This document shows positions 12,460-25,577 of a stretch of DNA of 64,000 nt, in pieces. Under the pieces are notes generated by a model. The model did not search any database and was not told the DNA's origin. It was given only the letters and a program-made list of their open reading frames with translations. A program made the position numbers and the translations under genes. The DNA is from Mobula hypostoma. Lineage: Eukaryota. Numbering within the stretch: the stretch's first letter is position 1; each line of letters opens with the position of its first letter. The stretch covers positions 236,718,001-236,782,000 of the forward strand of contig NC_086097.1 of the NCBI RefSeq assembly GCF_963921235.1. Direction: 5' to 3'.

Positions 12460-13622
12460 GTCGTTGAGCCTGCTAGTGGATCAACTATACTGGATCGGGT
12501 ATTACGTAATGAACCAGAGGTGATGAGGGAGCTTGAGATAAGAGAGCACATAGGAGCTATAGATCACAATACGATCTGAAATTTAATAGAGAGAAAATAA
12601 AGTTCAAAATAGCAGTATTTCAGTGGAGTGATTGAAATTACAGTGGTATGAGAGGGGAGTTGGCCAAAGTAAATTGGAAGGAGCAGCTGGCATAGATGAC
12701 AGCAGACCAGCAATGACATAAACTTCTGGAAAAAAATGAGGAAGGTGCAGGATAGACGCATTCCAAAAACTCAAATGGCAAAATAGCACAACGGTGGCTG
12801 ACAAGGAAAGTCAAAGCTAGTATGAAAGTAAAAGAGAAGGCACATAACAAAGCTAAAATTAGCGGGAAGATAAAGGATTGGGAAGCTTTTAAAAGCCTGC
12901 AGAGAGTAATTAAAAGAACCATTAGAAGGGAAAAAATGAAATATGAAAGCAAGCCAGCAAATAATATCAAAGTGGATAATAAAAGCTTTTTCAAATATGT
13001 AAAAAATAGAAGAGAGATGAGAGTGGATATCGGACCACTAGAAAATGAGGCAGGAGAAATAATAACGAGGGACAAGGAGATGACAGATGAACTAAATGAG
13101 TATTTTGCATCGGTCTTCACTGTGGAAGACACAAGCAGTGTGTCAGATGTTGCAGGGTATGAGGGAAGAGAAGTGAGTGCAGTTACTATTACAGGGGAGA
13201 AGGTGCTCAAAAAGCTGGAAGACCTAAGGGTACAGAAGTCACCTGGACCAGGTTAACTGCACCCTAGGGCTCTGAAAGAGGTAGCATCAGAGATTGTGGA
13301 AGCATTAGTAATGATTTTTCAAAAAGCATTGAAGTCTGGCATGGTGCCAGAGGACTGGAAAATCACAAAAGTCACTCCACTCTTTAAGGAAGGACGAAGG
13401 AAGGTAGCAGAAAGGAAATTATAGATCAGCTAGTCTGTCCTCGGTGGTTGGGAAGATGTTGGAGTCAATTGTTAAGGATGAGGTTTTGGAGTACTTAATG
13501 ACACAGGACAAGATAGGAGAAAGTCAGTGGGGTTTCCTTAAGCAAAAATCTTTCCTTACAAACTTGATGTAATTTTTTGAGGAAATTACAAGTAGGATAG
13601 ATAAAGAGGATGCAGTGGATAT
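12460..13622 (+). mobile_element. Degraded CR1 ORF2 segment (endonuclease end to RT start)
   Basis: ORF 12822-13256 contains NKSFFKYVK, LNEYFASVFT and KSPGP. Confidence 0.85.
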
Positions 13623-13624
13623 TA

Positions 13625-13992
13625 GACCATAAGATAATAAGATAATGGGTCATAGGAGCAGAATTAGGTCATTTGGCCTATTGAGTCTGCTCTGCCATTC
13701 AATCATGGCTGATTCTTTATTTTTCTCCTCCTCAACCCCACGTTCCCAGCCTTCTCCCTGTAATCTTTGATGCCATGTCCAATCAAGAACCTATCAAACT
13801 CTGCCTTAAATATGCCCAACGATTGTCATCCACAGCTGCATGTGGCAGCAAATTCCACAAATTCAGCACCCTTTGGCTAAAGAAATTTCTCCACATCTAT
13901 GTTTTGAAAGGGTGCCCCTCTATCCTGAGTCTTGTCCTGACTCTCCCACCATGGGAAACATCCTTTCCACCTTACTCTGTCTAGGCCTTTTA

Positions 13993-14023
<31 letters not shown>

Positions 14024-15540
14024 TACTTTACTTATCCCAAGGGAAATTGGGTAATATTCAAAAGGTTTCAATGAGATCCCCCCTCATCTTTCTGAATTCC
14101 AGTGAGTACAGACCCAGAGCCATCAAATGCTCCTCATATGATAACTCTTACATTCCTGGAATCATCCTTGTCAATGTCCTCTGAACCCTCTCCAATGACA
14201 GCACATCTTTTCTAAGATGAGGGGCCCAAAACTGTTCACAATACTCAAGGTGAGGCCTCATCAGTGCCTTATAAAGCCTCAGCATCACATTCTTGCTCTT
14301 GTATTCTAGACCTCTTGAAATGAATGCTAACGTAGCATTTGCCTTCCTCACTACCAACTGGACCTGCAAACTAACCTTTAGGGTGTTCTGCACAAGGACT
14401 GCCAAGTCCCTTTGCATCTCAGATTTTTGGATTTTCTCCCTGTCTAGAAAATAGTCCACACATTTATTGCTACTACCAAAGTGCATGACCATGCATTTTC
14501 CAACATTGTATTTCATTTGCCACTTTCTTGCCCATTCTCCGAATCTAAGTCCTCTGCATCCTACCTGTTTCCTCAACATTACCTGCCCCTCCACCAATCT
14601 TTGTATCATCTGCAAACTTGACAACAAAGCCATCTGTTCCATCATCTAATTCATTTATATACAGCATTAAAAGAAGCGGTCCCAACACCGATTCCACCCG
14701 CCCTCCCCCCCACCCCCCCACTGAACACCACGAGTCACTGACAGCCAACCAGAAAAGGATCCATTTATTCTCAATCTCTGCCTCCTCCCAATTTGGTCCA
14801 GGTGATTAAAGTACTTTTAGTTATTTTAGCTTTTTGAAAACCTTCTCTTTCAATAGTAATGGCACCCACTTCTCTTCCTTTAAACACTGCAATATCAGGC
14901 ATACCGTCAGTGTCTTCCACAGTGAAGACTGATGCAAAATACTCATTTAGTTCATCAGCCATCTCTTTGTCCCCCGTTATTACTTCTTCTGCCTCATTTT
15001 CTAGAGACTCTATGCCCACTCTCATTTCTCTTTTATTTTTAACATACTTGAAAAAAACTTTTACTATCCACTTTGATATTATTTGCTAACTTGCTTTCAT
15101 ATTTCATCTTTTCCCTTCTAATGATTTTTTTAGTTGCTCTCTGTAGTTTTTAAAAAACTTCCCAATTCTCTATCTTCCCACTGACTTTTGCTTTGCTCTA
15201 CACCCTTTTTTTTTTGCTTTTACAATAGCTTTGACTTCCCTTGTCAGCCACTGTTGTACTATTTTACCGTTTGTGTATTTCTTCATTTTTGGAATACATC
15301 TATCCCGCACCTTCCTCATTTTCCCCAGAAATGTGCACCATTGTTGCTCTGCTGACATCCATGCCAGCAGCTCCTTCTAATTTACTTTGGCCAGTTCCTC
15401 TCTCGTACCACCGAAATTTCCCTTACTCCACTGAAATACTGCTACATCAGATTTTACTTTCTCCCTATCAAATTTCAAGTTGAACTCAATCATATTGTGA
15501 TCACTAATTCCTGAGGGTTCTTTTACCTTAAGCTCCCTTT
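13625..15540 (-). mobile_element. Degraded CR1 with internal deletion, antisense inside another CR1; carries a small (GATA)n-tailed insert at about 13994-14051
   Basis: Minus-strand ORFs contain KFADDTKIGG, RPHLEYCEQFWAP and LNEYFASVFT; 3' tail at about 13625-13660. Confidence 0.85.
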
Positions 15541-16181
15541 TTATGCTATATATTAATAATTTAGATAAAGGAATAGATGGGTTTGTTGTCAGGTTTGCAG
15601 ATAATACTAAAGATTGGTGGAGCGGCAGGTAGTGATGCAGAAGGATTTAGACAGATTAAGAGAGGGGGCAAGAAAGTGGCAAATGAAATACAATGTTGGA
15701 AAATGCATCATGCACTTTGATAGTTGAAATAACTGTGCAGGCTATTTCTTAAATGGGAGAAAATCCAAAACTCTGAGATACAAAGGGACTTGGGAGACCT
15801 TGTCCAAAACACACTAAAGGTTAACTTGAATATTGTGTTGGTGGTGACTTGGTGGGTGAGTCCAGGACAATAGGGCACAGCCTCAAGATAGAGGGGCATC
15901 CATTTAAAACAGAGATGCAGAGAAACTTCTTCAGCCAGAGGGTGATGAATTTGTGGAATTGGTTACCACATGCAGCTGTGGAGGCCAGGTCATTGGGTGT
16001 ATTTAAGGTAGAGATTAATAGGTTCTTGATTGGACATGGCATCAAAGGTTATGGAGAGAAGACTGGGGAATGGGGCTGAGGAGGGGAAAAAAAAGATCAG
16101 CCATGATTGAATGGTAGAGCAGATTCAATGGGCTAAATGGCCTAATTCTACTCCTATGTCTTATAGTCTTATGGTCTTATG
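15541..16181 (+). mobile_element. Degraded CR1 3' portion, probably the continuation of 12460-13622
   Basis: FADN-like RT remnant, RNFFSQRVMNLWN and a tail TCTTATAGTCTTATGGTCTTATG. Confidence 0.8.
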
Positions 16182-17594
16182 AATTCGATGCTGGTCTGAT
16201 GTTTTGCCAGTGGCAAAATCTGAAAGCAAAGCATAGAAACATGACAAGACTATAAGAGATAGGGGCAGATTTAAGCCTTTCTGCCCATTGAGGATATTAC
16301 CGAGGTACTGCGATTATGGATTTGGTCTGTGGACTATGGAATTGTTCAATCTTATCCTTTTCATATTGTTTGTTTTTGCCAGTGCATTTTTGTCGATGTT
16401 TTGTAGTGCAGATGAGGGGGTTTGGGGGTCATTGTTCCTGCTGTGTTTTGGGTTTTTTTTGTGTGGAGGAGTGGGATTTGGGAGACAATGGTCTTGTTGC
16501 AATTTGTGTGGAGAAGGGGTTTGGGGAGGTTGATGATCATATTGCCATTCTTTTTATTACGTGGGGATGGGGTGGATCTGCTTTTCTTTGAACTAACTTC
16601 CATGGTTTTCTTTGTTTTGTGGCTATCCAGAGAAGACGGACCTCAGAGTTGCATATAGCATAAATACTTTGATAATAAATGAACTGACTTCATCATACTT
16701 TGATAGTAAATGAACCTCTGATTTCTGAATTTGGTCCCCATTTAAAAAATAGTCCATGCCTTTATTCCTTCTACCAAAGTGCATGACCATACACTTCCCT
16801 GCACTGTATTCCATCTACCATGTCTTTGCTGATTCTCTTAATTCTGCTGAACACATGATCGTGGTAAGCTATGAGAAATCTGCTGCATGGTCTACAACCT
16901 AAAACGTCACCAGTTTTCACTCTCCATAGATGCTGCCTGGCCTGTCGAGTGTTTCCAGCTGAAGTCGAAAAAGCGTGAGAGAGTGCTAGAAATTTAGGAT
17001 TCTCATCCATAAAGAGCATGTCTTTTTAAATTAACTAAAGATACCAAGGGATTAAGGGAGGAGATCGGTTTATGAAATAAGGTCAAAAGCAGCCAGGAAT
17101 TTAAGGAACAGACCCACACATTTAAACAACCTACTGAAAATATATTAAAAGTGTATAGCAGTTGAAAATCTGATTTAAAGTAGAAAATACTGGAAGCATT
17201 CCTGGCAAGTCAGGCAGCATCTGACCGTCTTAAATGTGTAAGTCTAATCCATGAATTTGTGGCTTCTTACCCCTTGGTTATAAAATAATATGCTCTTTAT
17301 GGATAAGACTCCTAAATTTCTAGCACTCTCTCACTCTCTCCCAACTTCGGTCCACACTGGCAGGTTTTAATATTTAGAGAGGACTCTTACTCCCTGGACA
17401 CCACAAACACCAGCATGAATTCCAAAGACTAACACATTTATCCTGCTCAGTGGTAATGTGGACACTGATATCCCCTGAAAGATCTTTCTAGCTTTTAACA
17501 GGCAATCACAACAGCAAAATTTTGTGCATAGGAAAGCATTATATTGTTGTCACCTGATGTTCAAACAAAAGACTTGAAGTGTATGACAGAAAAC

Positions 17595-17968
17595 ACAGCA
17601 GGTCGAAAATACAAGAGCCTCAGGACTCGCGCCACCAGGTTCAAGAGCAGATACTACCCCTTAACCATCTCTTGAACAAAAGAGGATAACTACACTCATC
17701 TATTGAGATGTTCCCATAACTAATGATCTCACATTAAGGACTCTTTATCATGATATTTCATGCTCTTGTTATTTATTGCTATTTATTTATTTTGGATTTG
17801 CAGTTTGCTGTCTTCTATGCTATGCTTGCTCTTTTATTGATCCTTTTATAGTACTGTTCTACAAATTTGCTGAGTACTTCTGCAGGAAAAAAGAATCTCA
17901 AGTTTGTAAATGGTGACAGGTATGTAATATCTGTTAATAAATTTTACTTTGAACCTTGAACTTTGAAC
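17595..17968 (+). mobile_element. Rex1/Babar-type LINE 3' fragment
   Basis: ..GRKYKSLRTRATRFKSRYYP-like remnant; tail AATAAA..TTTGAACCTTGAACTTTGAAC. Confidence 0.6.
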
Positions 17969-18023
17969 ATAAGTTTTTATACAGAGCAAGTTTTTCTTAT
18001 TTGTCAAATACTTTGTATAATAC

Positions 18024-18260
18024 TGTTGTGTGGTTATTATTTAAGTAATATTATAAATATATTGCTTGATTAAGCATTTTTATTCACTTCAATAAATCAT
18101 TACTGGGTATTTGTACAAAAAACATGAATTGCATACATCATCACACTACCACGTGACACGTGCGCACCTCGCTTAAAGTAAACTCGAAGTTGGACTTACA
18201 TTACGGACTCCCGTGCCTTCCTTTGAATTAGTTTAATGTTTTGAAGTTACAAAACCTAAG
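18024..18260 (+). mobile_element. Possible short solo LTR
   Basis: Starts TGTTGTG, contains an internal AATAAA and ends GTTACAAAACC. Termini are degraded and no clear TSD was seen. Confidence 0.35.
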
Positions 18261-18268
18261 AAATACAT

Positions 18269-20448
18269 AGACTGACCTCTACCTTGCCGAGGCACAGTGA
18301 CAACTCGCGGATACCTCCTCTTATTTACCCCTCGATCGTGACCCCACTAAGGAGCACCGGGCCATTGTCTCCCACACCATCACCGACTTTATCCGCTCAG
18401 GGGATCTCCCATCCACTGCTACCAACCTTATAGTTCCCACACCCCGCACTTCCCGTTTCTACCTCCTACCCAAGATCCACAAACCTGCCTGTCCTGGCCG
18501 ACCTATTGTCTTAGCTTGCTCCTGCCCCACTGAACTCGTTTCTGCGTACCTCGACACATTTTTATCACCCCTTGTTCAATCCCTTCTGACCTATGTTCGT
18601 GACACTTCTCACGCTCTTAAACTTTTCGATGATTTTAAGTTCCCTGGCCCCAACCGCTTTATTTTCACCATGGATGTCCAGTCCTTATATACTTCCATCC
18701 CCCATCAGGAAGGTCTCAAAGCTCTACGCTTCTTTTTGGATTCCAGACCTAATCAGTTCCCCTCTACCACCACTCTGCTCCGTCTAGCAGAATTAGCCCT
18801 TACTCTTAATAATTTCTCCTTTGGCTCCTCCCACTTCCTCCAAACTAAAGGTGTAGCTATGGGCACCCGTATGGGTCCTAGCTATGCCTGCCTTTTTGTT
18901 GGGTTTGTGGAACAATCTATGTTCCGTGCCTAATCTGGTATCTGTCCCCCACACATCGACGACTGCATTGGCGCTGCTTCCTGCACGCATGCAGAACTCG
19001 TTGACTTTATTAACTTTGCCTCCAACTTTCACCCTGCCCTCAAGTTTACCTGGTCCATTTCTGACACCTCCCTCCCCTTTCTAGATCTTTCTGTCTCTGT
19101 CTCTGGAGACAGCTTATCCACTGATGTCTACGATAAGCCTACTGACTCTCACAGCTATCTGGACTATTCCACTTCTCACCCTGTCTCTTGCAAAAACGCC
19201 ATCCCCTTCTCGCAATTCCTCCGTCTCCGCCGCATCTGCTCTCAGGATGAGGCTTTTCATTCTAGGACGAGGGAGATGTCTTCCTTTTTTAAAGAAAGGG
19301 GCTTCCCTTTCTCCACTATCAACTCTGCTCTTAAACGCATCTCCCCCATTTCACGTACATCTGCTCTCACTCCATCCTCCCGCCACCCCACTAGGAATAG
19401 GGTTCCCCTAGTCCTCACCTACCACCCCACCAGCCTCCGGGTCCAACATATTATTCTCCGTAACTTCCGCCACCTCCAACGGGATCCCACCACTAAGCAC
19501 ATCTTTCCCTCCCCTCCTCTCTCTGCATTCCGCAGGGATCGCTCCCTACGCAACTCCCTTGTCCATTCGTCCCCCCCATCCCTCCCCACTGATCTCCCTC
19601 CTGGCACTTATCCGTGTAAGTGGAACAAGTGCTACACATGCCCTTACACTTCCTCCCTTACCACCATTCAGTGCCCCAAACAATCCTTCCAGGTGAGGCA
19701 ACACTTCACCTGTGAGTCGACTGGGGTGATATACTGCGACCGGTGCTCCCGATGTGGCCTTTTATATATTGGCGAGACCCGACGCAGACTGGGAGACCGC
19801 TTTGCTGAACATCTACGCTCTGTCCGCCAGAGAAAGCAGGATCTCCCAGTGGCCACACATTTTAATTCCACATCCCATTCCCATTCTGACATACATGTCT
19901 ATCCACGGCCTCCTCTACTGTAAAGATGAAGCCATACTCGGGTTGGAGGAACAACACCTTATATTCCGTCTGGGTAGCCTCCAACCTGATGGTATGAACA
20001 TCGACTTCTCTAACTTCCGCTAAGGCCCCACCTCCCCCTCATACCCCATCTGTTACTTATTTTTATACACACATTCTTTCTCTCACTCTCCTTTTTCTCC
20101 CTCTGTCCCTCTGAGTATACCCCTTGCCCATCCTCTGGGTTCCCCCCCCCTTGTCTTTCTCCCTGGGCCTCCTGTCCCATGATCCTCTCGTATCCCTTTT
20201 GCCTATCACCTGTCCAGCTCTTGGCTCCATCCCTCCCCTCCTGTCTTCTCCTATCATTTTGGATCTCCCCCTCCCCCTCCCACTTTCAAATCCCTTACTT
20301 ACTCTTCCTTCAGTTAGTCCTGACGAAGGGTCTCGGCCTGAAACGTCGACTGCACCTCTTCCTACAGATGCTGCCTGGCCTGCTGCGTTCACCAGCAACT
20401 TTTATGTGTGTTGCTTGAATTTCCAGCATCTGCAGAATTCCTGTTGTT
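18269..20448 (+). mobile_element. 5'-truncated Penelope-like element (RT + GIY-YIG endonuclease, disrupted) with a 3' terminal repeat
   Basis: RT motifs FYLLPKIHK..GRPIV, MDVQSLYTSIP, GVAMGTRMGPSYA and HIDD; GIY-YIG motif GVIYC..C..CGLLYIGETRRRLGDRFAEH; direct repeat AAATACAT at 18261-18268 and 20449-20456. Confidence 0.93.
20315..20352 (+). ncRNA. Minimal type I hammerhead ribozyme in the Penelope 3' repeat; predicted cleavage after C20347
   Basis: TAGTC (helix I), CTGACGA core, AGG/GTCTCGG/CCT (helix II), GAAA, palindromic ACGT helix III, GUC triplet, then GACTG (helix I'). Confidence 0.85.
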
Positions 20449-21653
20449 AAATACATTATCATGTATTTCTTGATTTTGTTGCAATTGGTTGCTATGATGC
20501 TGAAGATGACTTAAGAATAAGGCATTCTTGAAACATAAAATGTGGCAATATAATTATTCACACGATCCCAATATTAAGTTTGAAACACTGTTTTTGTGAC
20601 TTGGAAGAAAAGCATTGTTTTTTTTTATTATGTAAGAGCAGAATTTACATACAAAACATTTATAATTTTAAATTTGAGATGAAATTATTTTCAAGGCATT
20701 TCTTGATAAGAAAACATTGGACAAAGAAAGGGGAACAAGTGTTAGAGTTTAAAGCAAGCAGTTCAGTCAAAGGGTAAATTTAGGGTTACACAAATGTTTA
20801 ATCCGCTTGGTTAACTTTATTTGTTTTTGGTAATTTTATTTATGGTATTGTAGAGTGATTTCTCTTTTTCCTGAATGTTAGCTTGTAGTTCCATTTGTGG
20901 CACTAATGTTCTAGAATCTTGTTTACATTCTTCTAATGTAAGATTAATAACCTCACTCTAACAGTAAATGGAGGGTTTGAGGTAAACACCACGACTCGGC
21001 TCACTTCTGCCCTCTATTGTTCTAATATTACCTACAAGAAAGCTATCAGGACTGCGCACTCCAGCTGGTTTGCTCTCCCTTAGACCTGCGATACCCAGGT
21101 TATTTTCTTGGTTGTCTTGAATGTAACCAAACAGAAATTGACCATCTTTCTACAGACTGCAAGTTAACCTTTCAATATTTGTTACTTATTAAGTTGTATT
21201 TATTCATTTTTATTATTATGCTTCTTTTATGAAAAGATTTAAAATTAAGCACTCACTGATAAAGATTAGCCTAATTTGCTTATATCACGTATATGAAAAC
21301 ATTGAAGTATGCAGTGAAATGCATCATTTGCATCCATGACAACCACAACCCAAGGATTGTGTAAAGAGAGCAAGAGTGGATATTGGACCACTGGAAAACA
21401 ACGCTGGACAGGTAGTAATGAAATGGAGGATGAACCTAGTAAGTATTTTGCATCAGTCTTCACTGTGAAAGATACTAGCAGTGTAGTGGAAGTTCTAGGT
21501 GTTAGGTGTCATGAAATGTGTGAAGTTATCATTACTAGAGAGAAGATTCTTGGGAAACTGAAAAGTCACCTGGTAGTTGAGTCACCTGGACCAGATGGTG
21601 TACACACCAGGGTTCCAAGAGAGAAGAGAGATGGCTGAACAGATATTTTATAT

Positions 21654-22891
21654 CAGGGGGCCCCGACCTTTTTTCCACCATGGACCGGTTTAATATTAAC
21701 AATATTCTTGCGGACTGGCCGACCGGGGGGCAGGGCGGGACGGGATGGGTGTTAATCACGACTGGAAAAATAGGTGATAAGTCACTTATAAGTGGCTAAT
21801 ACACTCAATTTCATTTCTAAAGGGGTTTATCTAACAAATTTAATAGTAAACACACAGGGCATATTTTCCTCCTATGAATGTAGTGATAAGTCAATTATAA
21901 CAGTGGTTCCCAACCTCCGGGCTGCGGACTGATACATTGCCGTGAAGAATGCAGCGGTACAGTGGTAGTCCGAACGCACCCAGCACATCTTTAAGAAAAA
22001 TTACCGAAATAAACACGCTAATTGATTTAGTGCCGCTGGGCACGTAAATGTTGGCCCAGATCAGAGGCAATGCAATCGGATCTGGGCCAACATTTACGTG
22101 CCGGGCGGCACCTAATCAATTAGCTTGTTTATTTTGGGTTTTTTCTTAAAGATCTGCTGGGTGCGTCCCGGCCACAGCTGTACTGCTGCATTCTTCGCAG
22201 CCCAGAGGTTGGGGACCACTGAATTATCAGTCAATAGCATCATAACATTATAAGTAACGTTTGGATATTAAACACACAGTGCATATTTTCCCCGTATGAA
22301 CATATAAAATCATTGCAACACACAAATATCGCTGAATCAGTGGGAGCCCTGGGCTTGTTTCCCTGCAACAAGACAGTCCCTTTGAGGGGTGATGGGAGAC
22401 AGCAATACTCGAAGGGGTTTCCTTATGTCAGTCTATTCCGCAATTTAGTTTTCGTTGCATTCAACGTAGAAAACTCCGCTTCGTAGCGATATGATGTTGG
22501 AAATGGAAGCAACGTTTTCAGTGCTTTCATGGCTAACTCAGGATATTCAGCCTTGACTTTGATCCAGAATGCCGGCAGAGATGTTATGTCGAACATACTT
22601 TTCGGACCACCGTCATTTGCAAGCTTGAGGAGTTCATCTTTTTCCCGCGCTGACATGGAAGATTCACCGGGGACATTCACAAATGGGTCGCGGACCCATT
22701 CCTTTGCACGTCTTGGGTCACTGATGACCTCGTGTGCATTAAAGTTCAACAGTGGGCATGACAGGGAATGAGAAAAGGTGCAGCTGACTCATATCATTTC
22801 ATATCGCCAAATCATATCGTTTCCTCGCGGCCCGGTAGCACATGCTTTGCAGCCCGGTACTGGTCCGCGGCCCGGTGGCTGGGGACCGCTG
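21654..22891 (-). mobile_element. Internally deleted hAT (Charlie/Buster-like) DNA transposon
   Basis: TIRs CAGGGGGCCCC.. and ..GGGGACCGCTG; 8-bp TSD TTTTATAT at 21646-21653 and 22892-22899. ORF 22423-22749 (FWIKVKAEYPELAMKALKTLLPFPTSY..EAEFS) resembles the hAT C-terminal dimerisation domain. Confidence 0.9.
21901..22221. mobile_element. Hairpin hAT-type MITE nested in the hAT element
   Basis: CAGTGGTTCCCAACCTC...GAGGTTGGGGACCACTG; the arms pair over almost the whole length. Flanks are AATTATAA and AATTATCA (8 bp, one mismatch). Confidence 0.85.
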
Positions 22892-22899
22892 TTTTATAT

Positions 22900-23835
22900 C
22901 AATGATTTGGATGATGGAATTGGTGGCATTGTTGCAAAGTTTTCAGACGGTATGAAGATGGATGGAGGGGTAGATAGTTTTGAGGAGATAGAGGGTACAG
23001 AAAGACTTAGACAGATTAGAAGAATGGGCAAAAAAGTGGCAGATAGAATATAGTATACAGTTATGCATTTTGGTTGAATAAATGAAAAGGTTGAGTATTT
23101 TCTAAATGGAGAGAAAATACAAAACACTGAGCCACAAAGGGACTTGGAAGTCCTTATGCGGGATTCCCTAAAGGTTAATTTGCAGGTTGAGTCTGTGGTG
23201 AGGAAGGGAAATTCATTTCAAAAGCACTAAAATATAAAAGCAAGGATGTCATGTTGAGACTTCATAAAGCACTGGTGAGGCTTCACCAGGGAGCAAGTTT
23301 GAGCTCCTTATCTTAGACAGGACATTCTGAAATTGGAGGGGATTGAAAGGAGGCTTACGAAAATGATTCCAGGATTAAATGGCTTGTCATATGAAGAGTG
23401 TTTGATGCCTCTGAGCCTGTATTTACTAGCATTCAGTAGAATGAAAGATGACCTCATTGAACCCTATCGAATGATGAAAGGCCTTGATAGAGTGGATGTG
23501 GAGAGGATGTTTCCTATGGTGAGAGAGTCTAAGATCAGAGGACCCAGCTTCAGAATAGAGGAGTATCATTTAAGAATGGAGATGAGGAAGAATTCCTTTA
23601 ATCAGAGAGTGGTGAATCTGTGGAATTCTTTGCCACAGGCAGCTGTCGAGGCCAAGTATTTATGTTCATTTAAGGCAGAGCTTGATAGATTATTGATTGG
23701 TCAGGGCATGAAGGGATATGGGGAGAAGGCAGGAGATTAGGGTTGCGAGGAAAATTGGATCAGCCAGAATGAAATGGCACAGCAGACTTGATGGACAAAT
23801 GGCCTTATTCTCCTCCTACATCTTTTGGTCTCATG
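22900..23835 (+). mobile_element. Degraded CR1 3' portion; an upstream part lies at about 21365-21640, before the hAT insertion
   Basis: YINDLDDG..KFSD remnant; ORF 23333-23740 contains NQRVVNLWNSLPQ. Confidence 0.85.
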
Positions 23836-24189
23836 ATATGCTGGGGACAGCCAACAAGTATCGCCATGCTTTTTGTGTCAATTTAGCTTGTCCAGTACTT
23901 GCTAACCATAAACCGTACATCTTTGGAATGTTGGAGAAACCCATGCAGTTTTAGGGAGAAGATACAATTTGCTTGCAAACAGTAAGGATTTGAACCTGAG
24001 TTGCTGGAACTGTGAAGTGTTACAGTAACCACTGTGCTACTGTATGCCCCATGGTAAGAATATGCACTTAAAAAATTGCCTTGCATATGCTCATTATATC
24101 CTGTACTCCAGATAATCAAAAAATGATCTGTGCTTTTAAACACTTTTAGTAGTATCTGCATTTTATATTAATTTCAGGAAAATGTTCTT

Positions 24190-24685
24190 ATCTCCATCCT
24201 GTCTGGGGAGCTTCCAACCTGATTGCATGATCATTGATTTCTCAAACTTCCAGTAATTGTCCTCCCCTCCTCTTCTTCCACCATTCCCCACTCCTGCTTC
24301 CCTTTCACATCTTCTCTCCTTACCTGCCCATCACCTCCCTCTGGTGCTGCACCCCCTTCCCTTTCTTCCATGGTCTTCTGTCATCTCCTAACAGATGTCC
24401 TCTTTTCCAGCCCGTTATCTCTTTCACCAATCAACTTTCTAGCTCTTTACTTCACCCTTCCCCCCTCGCAGTTTCACCTATCACAGGCCACCTCCTACGT
24501 CTTCCTCCCTCCCCACCCCTTCTTAATCTGGCTTCTCCCTTTCCTTTCCAGTCCCGATGAAGGGTCTCGGGCTGAAATGTTGACTGTTTACTCATTCCCA
24601 TCGATGCTGCCTGGCCTGCTGAGGTCCCCCAGCATTTTGTGTCTGTTGCTCGGATTTCCAGCATCGGCAGATTTTCTCATGTCAG
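24190..24685 (+). mobile_element. Old Penelope 3' fragment with a degenerate hammerhead
   Basis: Similar to about 19960-20448; core variant CAGTC-CCGATGA-AGGGTCTCGGGCT-GAAA-TGTT-GACTG. Confidence 0.7.
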
Positions 24686-25380
24686 TAAAAATTCTGTTTT
24701 TCACTTTATTTTATTAGGTACAAAGAAATCCCATAAAGTCCTCTAGATGGATCCATACACCACATATTTTCCACTGTTAACATTTCCATTAACGAAAGAA
24801 GGTTTGTGTGATATCCTGAAGGGAATTAATGAACCTAGCTTTGAACTGTTGAGCATGCGGTCATCTAAGGGTATTACTCCTCAGAGGCTGGTTTCAGAAA
24901 AGCACAGTTAATACACCCCAGTTTTATCACCAGCTGTGTTTTATCCTGAACTGAGTGATAAATAAATTTCACGCAGAGATCGGTAATCATTAACACCATG
25001 CAAGTGTAAACTGTTGGTTCAGTCCTGACAGTCTAGATTAACCATCGTGGCTGAATATTTTATTATGTGACTTTACAATACATGGAGCAATGGTTGCATT
25101 GCATCTGCTTAAAGATCAATCTGTTACAGATTAATTACTTAAGATGTTTTGGCAACCTGATATTTCAGATACCCCAGAATTACAAAAAGCAAGGATATAA
25201 TGTTGAGATTTTATAAAGCACTCACTTGGAGTATTGTGAGCAGTTTTGGACCCCTTATCATAGACAGGACATTCTGAATCAGGAAACAACAGGAATTCTG
25301 CAGATGCTGGAAATTCAAGCAACACACATCAAAGTTGCTGGTGAACGCAGCAGGCCAGGCAGCATCTCTAGGAAGAGGCA

Positions 25381-25526
25381 CAGTCGACATTTCAGGCCAA
25401 GACCCTTCGTCAGGACTAACTGAACGAAGAGTTAGTTCGACGTTTCAGGCCGAGACCCTTCATCAGGACTAACTGAACGAAGAGTTAGTTCGACGTTTCA
25501 GGCCGAGACCCTTTGTCAGGACTAAC
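25381..25526 (-). ncRNA. Three tandem hammerhead motifs on the minus strand (one intact, one with GAAATGTC, one with a CTGACAA core mutation)
   Basis: The GAC complements of the cleavage triplet are at 25386, 25439 and 25492 (53-nt spacing). Confidence 0.72.
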
Positions 25527-25577
25527 TGAAGGAAGAGTTAGTAAGAGATTTGAAAGTGGGAACTAACTCTTCCTTCA

